The position numbers and the translations under genes were made by a program. The notes under the pieces were generated by a model, which saw nothing but the letters and a program-made list of their open reading frames with translations, was not told the origin of the DNA and searched no databases. Of a DNA stretch of 64,000 nucleotides, positions 30,414 to 39,068 are shown piece by piece; the stretch's first letter is position 1, and each line of letters begins with the position of its first letter. The stretch is taken from the sequence record DRR723986_14244. The stretch is one strand, 5' to 3'.

Positions 30414-32600
30414 TTAATCGTGGTGTTCGTTTCCAAATGGTTTAATAATAAGTCCTACACTAAATATAAAACCATCTGTTGGCGCATATATTTCTGGGAA
30501 AACAGGATTTTCGTGAGGTGGTAAAACCAAAGGTGAAAACCTGCTTTGTCTTCTATCTGTAAAGTTTTCAAAATTTACAAATACACTTCCTAATTTAAAG
30601 TTACGCATAACCAATAAGCCCATAGTTACAAAGTCTGTAGTCTCTGTTCCATTAGATAAAAACTGTTTGCCTGTATAAAAGGTTTCGTAACCAATTCGCC
30701 ATTTTTCAGATTCGTACATTAATACACTACCTGCGTTGTGCTTTGCGGTTAATGGCTTCTGTGGATTACCAGGTAAATAATTTAGTTTAGTATCAATAAG
30801 CGCATAGTTTAAAAACCATCTAAAGTCTTTGTATGTAAATTTTATATTTGTTTCTGCTCCTTTACTAAATATTTCATCTGTTGCATTTTCAAACTGAAAT
30901 AATCCATTATCTGTTGAATTTAAAAGCAATCCATCATTTATTGCAGTCACATAGAATAATTGATTTATAGAAAAACCAATCTCATCAGATAAACGTGTTT
31001 GATAATTCAAATCAAAATTAACACCATAAGAACGTTCTGCATCTACTGTAGACTTATTTATTGCAAGCACATTTTCAAAATTGATATATTCTGCTTCCTC
31101 TGTAAAAATATCTGGAATCTTATACCCTAAACCTCCACCAATTCTACTTGAAAATCCACTATTATTTTTATAGAGTAGTGAAATTCTTGGAAGTGGAAAG
31201 AAACCGAAATCAGTATTATAATCTGCTCTTAATCCAGTTTCCAATATCCAATTATCTGATATGTCGAAGATATTATTTGCAAATGCTCCAAAGGTTACAT
31301 CTTTTTGGTCTCGCTGTAATGGTGCGTTATCATTTTCATCGAAATTTGAGGTATATAGATTAGCTCCAACTATCCAATCCGTTTTTTCTGATGCTGTATT
31401 ATATGTGATTTCAGTAAAAGTATTTGTTTGTTTGCCATCAAAATTAAAATCAGGAACTGTTAAATTTCTATCGAAAAAAGAGACACTATTTTTAAATTCT
31501 AATGAACTTATAGAATCTAATTGAGTTTGATATACCAATTGACTGCTTAATCGTTTTGAATTGTTCTCTTCTGTGTATTGATGAATACCATCTTCACCAT
31601 TTTCAATTTTGGTAATATCTCCGCCAATTCTATCATCATACGTTCCGTTTAATCCAAACCAAAGTGTTGTTTTATCTGATGGATAATAAAACAATTTAGG
31701 ATTAAATGAAATTGATGTCGTTTTTGGTAAATTACTAAAACCATCATCTTCTGGGTCATACGCTTTTTGATAGTGACCAGAGCCGTAAAGTGAAACACCG
31801 AATTTTTCATTTCGTTTGCTATAAAACACATTGGCTGTACTTCCTAATGCTTGTGTCTGCGTGAGCATTATGTCTAATGCAGGTTCTTCGTCTGGTGTTT
31901 TAGATACCATATTTACTAATCCTGCAATAGCACCTCCACCGTAAAGTGTTGATGAACTTCCTTTAATAATCTCAAATTGTTGTAAGTCTAAAGGTGGTAT
32001 TTGTAAAATACTTAATCCACTTGAAAAACCACCATATAATGGAAACCCATCTCTTAAAAGCTGTGTGTATCTACCATCCAATCCTTGAATACGAATATTG
32101 GTACTCCCACTACTTAATGATGTTTGTTGCATCTGTATTCCTGTACTTTCACGAAGCACCATAGAAATATTAGTAGGGTTCATTATTGCTTTTTCTCCTA
32201 ATTCCTCTGCACCGATAAACTCGATACGTGTAGGTATTTTTCTTACGGTTCTCGTACTTCTTGTAGATTGCAATACTACTGCATCTAATTGATTGCCACC
32301 CTCTTTTAGTTTAAACATTAATTCATTATTACTTGGAATTTGAATTGTTGTCTCAAATGTTTCAAAACCTAAAAAGGAAATTATTATTTGATGCTTACCA
32401 TCTGGTATTTCTGTAAAAGTTGCAATTCCGTCAAAATCGGTTACTGCTCCTTTTTCTAATGCTTCAAAGTAAACCGTAGCACCAAATAAAGGCTCGTTTT
32501 CAGCTTCTGTTAGAACTTTTATTTGTATGTCTGATGTTTGTGCCTGTAACGATAGGCAAAGTATTAATATGAGCTTTATGCTCAATATGTATTTATTCAT
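30414..32600 (-). CDS. TonB-dependent receptor
   Basis: Signal peptide, carboxypeptidase-regulatory-like N-domain, plug (IRIQGLDGRY; EIIKGSSSTLYGGGAIAG), beta-barrel. Confidence 0.9.
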   Translation of the reverse strand: MNKYILSIKLILILCLSLQAQTSDIQIKVLTEAENEPLFGATVYFEALEKGAVTDFDGIATFTEIPDGKHQIIISFLGFETFETTIQIPSNNELMFKLKEGGNQLDAVVLQSTRSTRTVRKIPTRIEFIGAEELGEKAIMNPTNISMVLRESTGIQMQQTSLSSGSTNIRIQGLDGRYTQLLRDGFPLYGGFSSGLSILQIPPLDLQQFEIIKGSSSTLYGGGAIAGLVNMVSKTPDEEPALDIMLTQTQALGSTANVFYSKRNEKFGVSLYGSGHYQKAYDPEDDGFSNLPKTTSISFNPKLFYYPSDKTTLWFGLNGTYDDRIGGDITKIENGEDGIHQYTEENNSKRLSSQLVYQTQLDSISSLEFKNSVSFFDRNLTVPDFNFDGKQTNTFTEITYNTASEKTDWIVGANLYTSNFDENDNAPLQRDQKDVTFGAFANNIFDISDNWILETGLRADYNTDFGFFPLPRISLLYKNNSGFSSRIGGGLGYKIPDIFTEEAEYINFENVLAINKSTVDAERSYGVNFDLNYQTRLSDEIGFSINQLFYVTAINDGLLLNSTDNGLFQFENATDEIFSKGAETNIKFTYKDFRWFLNYALIDTKLNYLPGNPQKPLTAKHNAGSVLMYESEKWRIGYETFYTGKQFLSNGTETTDFVTMGLLVMRNFKLGSVFVNFENFTDRRQSRFSPLVLPPHENPVFPEIYAPTDGFIFSVGLIIKPFGNEHHD

Positions 32601-32649
32601 TGAATTGTATTTGTAATTAACTAAATAATTGATTTAAAATCGATTTGTT

Positions 32650-32967
32650 TTAGCTTATTACTTGTGGCGGTTGCCAAATGTTGGAAAGGAAGTTAAACCT
32701 GTAAATAGGTTGATATGTAGAAATTAACTCCGTTGAAATTTCAATATTGAGTTTTAAATCAAATTTCTTGATTGGTTCGTAAGTAATTGTCATACCACAA
32801 CAATTGCAAATACAAGTTACAGGACAAGAATCGTCACTATCTTCTTGATGGTTGTGATTAACACTTATGTCGTCTTGATGCTGGTCTTCTATGTTTTGAC
32901 CATCAGAACAAGGCTTTGTTGAAAGCAATAGTATTATTAAGGATAATATGATTGTTACGAATTTCAC
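32650..32967 (-). CDS. DUF6660-like small Cys/His-rich protein
   Basis: Signal-like N-terminus, PCSD, HNH, CPVTCICNCC, C-terminal IWQPP; GTG start 5 nt after -7 box TATCTTTG. Confidence 0.75.
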   Translation of the reverse strand: MKFVTIILSLIILLLSTKPCSDGQNIEDQHQDDISVNHNHQEDSDDSCPVTCICNCCGMTITYEPIKKFDLKLNIEISTELISTYQPIYRFNFLSNIWQPPQVIS

Positions 32968-32992
32968 AATTACAAAGATAAAAATTTAATAA

Positions 32993-33007
32993 TGCAATGG
33001 TTGTGCA
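32993..33007. promoter_or_regulatory. putative metal-regulator operator, copy 2
   Basis: TGCAATGGTTGTGCA, 12 nt upstream of the -7 box of the DUF6660-TBDR-fur operon. Confidence 0.5.
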
Positions 33008-33017
33008 ATTATTTTAT

Positions 33018-34547
33018 TTAAGCCACAACTTTAGCTTTCTCCTTTATAGTTTCAAGATGTTTTGCCATATTACTTTTACACCATTCCTCACGAGCTAATT
33101 TAGGTGCGTGACCTATCGCTTTGGTTAATTCCTCTGTCATTATAGTTTCAACCACATCTACATATTCTTCTGTTGTAGAAATACTATCGTGTATTGTATA
33201 TATTGGTGCATCTGGATATTCTATTGATATACGCTTTGCTATAACATTTATCATTAAGTAACTCTCAATACTCTGCAACAATCTTGGAAGTAGCGATTTG
33301 TCCTTACTCTTAATCTGTCTAAACACCTCATAAACGTTTGGAAACATCTCCTTAAACATCTTCTTTGGTTTTGCATCCTCTTGCCCCAAAAACCTATTAT
33401 CTGTAAATAGCACTTGAAATACTGCTGTTTTTACTTCCTTACGGTTTGAGAATGTTTCCCCTAAACGTAGACTAAATTGTTGTTCTAAAAACTCATAAAG
33501 TGTCCCACTCACCACAAGATTTATATACTGACTAAACTCATTATTCATAAGGGTTTTATCAATATCTCCTAACATAATGTAAGAATCAGTATCGTGTACC
33601 TTTATGTGAGATATACTCAATCTATCATCAATCTTACCATCAACCTTATAATTATTATCATTTATACTATTAAAAGAATAAAAAGGTCGGTTTTTGGGGT
33701 CGTCGAATCTGATTGATAACTCTTTTTGTGTATTTGGCTCATTTTTTTGCTCAATCCAGAACGAGCGACTCAACAATATAGTGCTTAAATAAGGTTGGCT
33801 ATTTTTAATATCTATCGAAATTAATTTTTGGCCATCATACGTTACTGCATTTCTGATAACGCTTCGCATATTAGTAAGATTGGAATGGAAGCGATATACA
33901 TTATCATCGTGCAACAAATAATAATCTTTACGGCTTATTTTTTCTACGCTAATTTTTGCGTGATTTAATTGGTCAATAGGTCTTTTATATTTGACTTCGA
34001 CCTTACCATAGTTATTAAACTTTTTGGATTGCCACAAAGATTTGTTGTCTTTCTTCAACGCATATTCTTCGGCTAAAAAATTATTGACGTAATCAATATC
34101 AATTTCTAATTTTTCATCAAACCATTTTGTTAGGTAGTTTAGATGGTTTACTGAAACTGCTCTATTGTTACGTTCAACTTTTAATTTCCTGTGAAATGTT
34201 TGGTCGCTAATAGAATGAATAGCTACTTCGCATCTGTATTCTTCAGTAAGTCTAAACCCTTTTGATTTTGAGCCAACAAAATATTGATTATCTGTTTCTA
34301 TAATTTTCGCAACGTTGATAAGATAGTTTAAGTACTCTTTATAATTAGAGATTTTGTCCTGTAAGATTTTTGCACTTATAGATACAAAGTCATCATACAT
34401 TAAATCTTTGTTGTAGAGTGTAAGCGCATTTATTAAATGAATAACATATAATAGCTTATCTCTTTTGTGTTTGTACTTTTTAAAATTAGGTGGGTAATCA
34501 TAAACAATTTGGTCTATGTCTAAATTCTCTGGTATGTATAATCTCAT
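33018..34547 (-). CDS. divergent family-A polymerase / T7-RNAP-like protein
   Basis: Motif A-like SIDIKNSQP (D246), motif B-like R369-x3-K373-x7-F381, motif C-like TIHDS (D454), YRFHSNLTN, LLQSIES; no exonuclease domain evident. Confidence 0.65.
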   Translation of the reverse strand: MRLYIPENLDIDQIVYDYPPNFKKYKHKRDKLLYVIHLINALTLYNKDLMYDDFVSISAKILQDKISNYKEYLNYLINVAKIIETDNQYFVGSKSKGFRLTEEYRCEVAIHSISDQTFHRKLKVERNNRAVSVNHLNYLTKWFDEKLEIDIDYVNNFLAEEYALKKDNKSLWQSKKFNNYGKVEVKYKRPIDQLNHAKISVEKISRKDYYLLHDDNVYRFHSNLTNMRSVIRNAVTYDGQKLISIDIKNSQPYLSTILLSRSFWIEQKNEPNTQKELSIRFDDPKNRPFYSFNSINDNNYKVDGKIDDRLSISHIKVHDTDSYIMLGDIDKTLMNNEFSQYINLVVSGTLYEFLEQQFSLRLGETFSNRKEVKTAVFQVLFTDNRFLGQEDAKPKKMFKEMFPNVYEVFRQIKSKDKSLLPRLLQSIESYLMINVIAKRISIEYPDAPIYTIHDSISTTEEYVDVVETIMTEELTKAIGHAPKLAREEWCKSNMAKHLETIKEKAKVVA

Positions 34548-34810
34548 TAAGCACTCTTGTTTTGGGTTAAAATTCTAACTACATCGTCATACTCATAGTA
34601 CATTGTTTTACCCATTTTGGTAAAGGGTAGTGTACCATTGATTCGTAAATTTTGCAACGTACCTGGTGAGATATTTAATAGCTCACGTACGTCCGCTGAT
34701 TTTAACCACTTTTTTTGCTCTGTTTGGCTTCCTAAAATTGTCTTAAGTTCTGTAATGATTTCCTGTTTTAGAGTCTTTAAATCATCCTTTGTAATTACTT
34801 CAAATGTCAT
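34547..34810 (-). CDS. excisionase-like HTH DNA-binding protein
   Basis: WLKSADVRELLNISPGTLQNLRING HTH_17-type motif, next to the integrase. Confidence 0.85.
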   Translation of the reverse strand: MTFEVITKDDLKTLKQEIITELKTILGSQTEQKKWLKSADVRELLNISPGTLQNLRINGTLPFTKMGKTMYYEYDDVVRILTQNKSA

Positions 34811-34993
34811 TCTATATAAAAAATATTAATAGGTATTAACTACCTGATTTCTAACATACAATATACGCCAAAATCACCTTTTATAAATGAAAAGTTATTG
34901 ACAGTTATTAACGAAATAGGTGAACTTTTTAACAAGAAACCACCTGTATTACAGGCAGTTTCAGGTATAAATCTCTATTTTTAGATTAAATTG

Positions 34994-36244
34994 TTATTGG
35001 GCTATCTTATTAGTGTTTGGTCGAGTATTTTTATCAGCAAACTTTTGTTTCAAAATTGCCATATCATCGCTTACTTTTCTATCCAATATTTTAGCATAGT
35101 GCTGTGTCGTTTTAAGTGATTTATGCCCTAACATTTTGCTTACTGATTCCATTGGCACACCGTTAGACAATGTTACAGTAGTTGCAAACGTATGACGAGC
35201 TAAATGGGTGGTTAAGTTTTTATTGATACCACACAAGTCTGCTATCTCTTTTAAATAGGCATTAGACTTTTGATTGCTCAATACAGGAAGTAAAACATCT
35301 TTTGTAACTGCCTCTGGATGATTCTCATATTTCTTTATAATTTCTAAAGCGGTTGGAAGTAGTGGAATGTTACTGCGTGTATCTGTTTTAGTACGCTTTG
35401 TCTTTATCCACTTATCGCCATCAATACCAAATACCAAATTGTCTTTTGAGAGCTTCTTAACGTCGCTGTATGCTAAACCAGTAAAACAGCAGAATATAAA
35501 AATGTCTCTTACTTGCTCTAATCTATTGGTGTGTAACTCTTTTTCGAGCATTGTTTGTATTTCTTCTTCTGAAAGAAATTGACGTTCTACTTCCTTTAAA
35601 CGTACTTTATAATTTAGAAATGGGTCTTTTTTAATCCAATCATTAGCTATTGCTATACGTACTATCTTTTTAAAATTCTTGATATACTTGATTGTGCTAT
35701 TATGCCCGCAGTTTCTAACGGTTTTTAAATAGAACTCAAAATCTGTTATATACTTGTGGTCTATTCTGTTTACAGGTATATCACTTACATTGTACTGATG
35801 TTGCATAAACTCTTGCAGATGCTTGCATACGGTTTTATAGCGTTCTAAAGTTCCTGCCGAAAACTCTCTACCTACTAATTTTTCAACTTGCTTGTTGTGA
35901 TTTTTAAAGATGGTTATAAGTGTTCGTTGTTTTTGCGCAACGCCTAAAAACTTGTTTTTAAGGGTTTCTGTAGTAACCTCTTTGTTATCTTGAATTAAGT
36001 CTCTTTGGCTTTGATATACTTTTGTAGTTAGAGAATCTAAATAGGCATTTAGTTCTCGTATATCTTCTGTTCTTCCAATAGCTTTATTGGCTTCAACGCT
36101 CCATTTCTCAATCTCAATGGTACGTTTTGTACTAATCTCTGTACGCTTACCATCTATGGTAATACGTAGGTAAATAGGGCATTTGCCCTGTGCATCTACT
36201 TTACTCTTTTTTAAGTAGAATAATAATCCAAATGTTTTGTTCAT
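34994..36244 (-). CDS. tyrosine integrase (Bacteroidota IntDOT/NBU-like)
   Basis: Arm-binding N-terminus (PIYLRITIDGKR), TGLAYSD, RTKT, HLARHTFAT, LGHKS, TQHYA. Confidence 0.95.
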   Translation of the reverse strand: MNKTFGLLFYLKKSKVDAQGKCPIYLRITIDGKRTEISTKRTIEIEKWSVEANKAIGRTEDIRELNAYLDSLTTKVYQSQRDLIQDNKEVTTETLKNKFLGVAQKQRTLITIFKNHNKQVEKLVGREFSAGTLERYKTVCKHLQEFMQHQYNVSDIPVNRIDHKYITDFEFYLKTVRNCGHNSTIKYIKNFKKIVRIAIANDWIKKDPFLNYKVRLKEVERQFLSEEEIQTMLEKELHTNRLEQVRDIFIFCCFTGLAYSDVKKLSKDNLVFGIDGDKWIKTKRTKTDTRSNIPLLPTALEIIKKYENHPEAVTKDVLLPVLSNQKSNAYLKEIADLCGINKNLTTHLARHTFATTVTLSNGVPMESVSKMLGHKSLKTTQHYAKILDRKVSDDMAILKQKFADKNTRPNTNKIAQ

Positions 36245-36247
36245 TCT

Positions 36248-36380
36248 GGTGACCTTTAATTATACATTAATTTACAAAATATCGAGGTCTTTTAATTGAT
36301 ATATTATACTGATTTATAAACAGTTATAAACAATTAGGTGACCTAATTAAGGTTGTAAAAAGGTCACCTAATAGGTCACC
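36248..36380. repeat. GGTCACC arm-type repeat cluster
   Basis: GGTGACC at 36248; palindrome AATTAGGT-G-ACCTAATT at 36332-36348; GGTCACCTAATAGGTCACC at 36362-36380. Confidence 0.8.
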
Positions 36381-36427
36381 AACAGAATGGTTTTTAATAC
36401 ATATTTTGATGTTTTGGGTAAAATAAA

Positions 36428-36459
36428 AAGTCCCATAAACATTGAGTTTACAGGACTTT
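36428..36459 (-). terminator. element-supplied tRNA terminator
   Basis: AAAGTCC...GGACTTT hairpin followed by a T-rich tract on the minus strand. Confidence 0.55.
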
Positions 36460-36479
36460 CGTCGATTTTGAATAAATCT

Positions 36480-36567
36480 TGGCGGAGAAAGAGGGATTCG
36501 AACCCCCGGAGGTGTGACCCTCAACAGTTTTCAAGACTGCCGCATTCGACCACTCTGCCATTTCTCC
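36480..36567 (-). tRNA. tRNA-Ser(TGA)
   Basis: GGAGAAATGGCAGAGTGG...GCAGTCTTGAAAACTGT...GGTTCGAATCCCTCTTTCTCCGCCA; long variable arm, encoded CCA. Confidence 0.97.
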
Positions 36568-36720
36568 TTTAGCGGATGCAAATATAAAATCCTTTTTTTT
36601 GTAGCCAAAAGGATTTACAGTTTTTTTTATTAATTATAAAAATTAGTAACATTTAAGAAAGCATTGTATTTTCGGCACAATATATGTTATGAATAACGTT
36701 ATTATCTAAAGTCAATATTT

Positions 36721-37500
36721 ATGAAACATTACTTATTATCATTAGTACTTTTAGTTACCAGCTTAACTTTTGGTCAAAATAATACTATCGCTGCAGGCGA
36801 AAAACTAGTGTTTACAGCATCATATAATATGTCTGGAATTTTAACTGATATTGCACAAGTTAAAATGGAAACAAGCGAGGTTAAAACTTCTAAAAACACC
36901 TTACTAAGATTAAAATGTACTGCGGCTACATATAAGAAATGGGATAATTTTTTTAAAATCAGAGATTTATATGAAAGCTACGTTAACCCAAAATCATTAG
37001 TTCCTTATTTATACAAACGAGATATTAGTGAAGGTGGTTATTATAAGTTTATGCAATACAAATACAATCATAAGTCTAAACTGGTTAAAAGCCTCAAAAG
37101 AAAAAGACGTAAAGATGGTGTTAAGTGGGACGAAAATAATACAATAAAAATTGGTGCTAACACTAAAGATTTAGTGAGCACATTATATAATATTCGAAAT
37201 TTAGATATTCATAAAGCTAAGCCAGGTGATTCTCAAGATTTTAAGGTTTTATTTGACAACAAAGAAACGGTGATAACCGTTAAATATATTAGTAAAGAAA
37301 CTATTTCCACTAAAATAGGTAAGAAAGAATGCTATAAACTAGCAATCTCAATAAAAGGTAGTGATATTTTACAAGGAACAAATGCAAACTTAATTTGGCT
37401 TACAGCAGACGAACATAAAATCCCTGTATTTGCAAAATTTAAAATACCAGTAGGCAATGGTGAATTAAAAATTGTATCAGCAACAGGACTTAAAAGCTAG
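36721..37500 (+). CDS. DUF3108-like secreted protein
   Basis: Signal peptide, GEKLVF, FFKIRDLYES, IWLTADEHKIPV. Confidence 0.7.
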   Translation: MKHYLLSLVLLVTSLTFGQNNTIAAGEKLVFTASYNMSGILTDIAQVKMETSEVKTSKNTLLRLKCTAATYKKWDNFFKIRDLYESYVNPKSLVPYLYKRDISEGGYYKFMQYKYNHKSKLVKSLKRKRRKDGVKWDENNTIKIGANTKDLVSTLYNIRNLDIHKAKPGDSQDFKVLFDNKETVITVKYISKETISTKIGKKECYKLAISIKGSDILQGTNANLIWLTADEHKIPVFAKFKIPVGNGELKIVSATGLKS

Positions 37501-37504
37501 TAAT

Positions 37505-37834
37505 ATGAAAAAATTATTTATTGTTCTAGGGTTTATTGCAGCCATTTTATCTGTAGTGTTGGCAGTTACACCGCTTTCAAATTTAGCAATCTTCCCTATC
37601 GTTATTGCTTTTCTATGTGGTCTTATTATTGTATTTATTTCTAAAAAACAAAAGGTAAAATCAAAGTCTATACAATATATTTTCCTGCTTGTTATTATTG
37701 CTTTAGTTCTTACAATCTATAAGGGTGTATTTAATTCTTCTGAAGTCGGTGATACAGAGCAATTAGAACAAAGGGCAGAAGAAAACTTAGAAGACTCCAA
37801 AGAATTACTTGAAGGGATAGAGATGGATGAATAA
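37505..37834 (+). CDS. small membrane protein
   Basis: 3 TM segments, acidic tail; start MKKLF (37505). Confidence 0.65.
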   Translation: MKKLFIVLGFIAAILSVVLAVTPLSNLAIFPIVIAFLCGLIIVFISKKQKVKSKSIQYIFLLVIIALVLTIYKGVFNSSEVGDTEQLEQRAEENLEDSKELLEGIEMDE

Positions 37835-37912
37835 ATTTCAAACAAATTCATTCATTAGGAAGGAAAACATTTCATTCATTTAACTTATTTTAGCAGAAAT
37901 CTCAAATTTTAA

Positions 37913-38944
37913 ATGAAAGTTTTAATTGCATCTGCACTTCTGTTTGTTGGTTCTTGTGCTACACTTAGACATAGCGAAAAAATAAATAATCTTAAAGATG
38001 GTATTACTTTCGAGGATGAAACTACGGTTTCTGAGTATGTCAATACTATAAATACGCTAGATTTAAAAACTCACTTAGAAGAAGTATCGTCAGATAAATA
38101 TAATGGTAGAAAAACTGGTGAAGTTGGACATAATGAAGTATGTAATTATATAAGAAGTTATTATCAATCACAACAAGTTTCTGCTCCAAAGACGCATCCT
38201 AATTACTTTCAGAAAGTTCCAAAGGAAATCTTACCGTACGATTTAAACGATTCTCAAAACATAATTGGTTACATCGAAGGATCAGAATTCCCAAACGAGT
38301 ACGTGTATATTGCAGCTCATTCAGATCATGAAGGTATAATTAAGGGTGAAATATACAATGGTGCAGATGATAATGGATCAGGTACAGCTGCAGTGCTAGA
38401 GATGGCCGAGGCATTTAGCAAAGCAAAAAGTGAAGGTAATGGACCTAAACGTAGCATTGTGTTTTTACATGTCACTGCAGAAGAAGTAGGACTTCATGGA
38501 TCTAGATATTACATCAATAATCCTGTTTTTCCACTTGAAAATACCGTCGCTACGCTTAATATAGATATGATTGGACGCACTGATACAAGGCACGAAAATA
38601 ATGATGAATACATCTATCTTATAGGCGCTGACAGGATGAGTACAGAGCTTCATTATATAGCAGAAGAAGCAAATAGAACATTCACTAATTTAGACCTAGA
38701 TTACACCTTCAATGATGAAGGTGATGTAAATCGCTACTACTATCGATCTGATCATTATAACTTTGCTCTTAAAGGTATTCCGGTGATATTCTTTTTTAAT
38801 GGAGAACATGAAGATTATACACAACCAACAGATACTGCGGATAAGATTAATTATACGTTATTGGCTAAACGAACTAAATTAATTTTTGCCACTGCATGGT
38901 ATTTAGCTAATTCAGATAAGCGACTCAGTGTAAAAATAATCTAG
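37913..38944 (+). CDS. M28 family peptidase (lipoprotein)
   Basis: AHSDH, GADDNGSG, AEE, NIDMIGR, RSDH. Confidence 0.9.
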   Translation: MKVLIASALLFVGSCATLRHSEKINNLKDGITFEDETTVSEYVNTINTLDLKTHLEEVSSDKYNGRKTGEVGHNEVCNYIRSYYQSQQVSAPKTHPNYFQKVPKEILPYDLNDSQNIIGYIEGSEFPNEYVYIAAHSDHEGIIKGEIYNGADDNGSGTAAVLEMAEAFSKAKSEGNGPKRSIVFLHVTAEEVGLHGSRYYINNPVFPLENTVATLNIDMIGRTDTRHENNDEYIYLIGADRMSTELHYIAEEANRTFTNLDLDYTFNDEGDVNRYYYRSDHYNFALKGIPVIFFFNGEHEDYTQPTDTADKINYTLLAKRTKLIFATAWYLANSDKRLSVKII

Positions 38945-39068
38945 TGTTAAAGTTTGTTAAATGAAAAATTAACCAAACTCATAACTTCTATAATTTTGTA
39001 ATTTTAGTCGCTAATTAACTAATTGTGAGCTAATTCTTACTAAAAAAATTGTTAACTATTACTATTCT

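Larger units (their letters stand above)
14785..36504. mobile_element. ~21.7 kb integrative element (genomic island) in tRNA-Ser(TGA) with heavy-metal resistance cargo
   Basis: GCGGAGAAAGAGG direct repeat at 14785-14797 and 36482-36494; tyrosine integrase next to the tRNA; identical 19-bp arm repeats inside both ends. Confidence 0.92.

Noticed and set aside
14785-36504. Island as a complete ICE or a tailed prophage
   Set aside because: No relaxase, T4SS, terminase, portal or tail genes recognisable
36324-36572. ORFs 36324-36524 and 36387-36572
   Set aside because: They overlap tRNA-Ser and the att/arm sites; spurious
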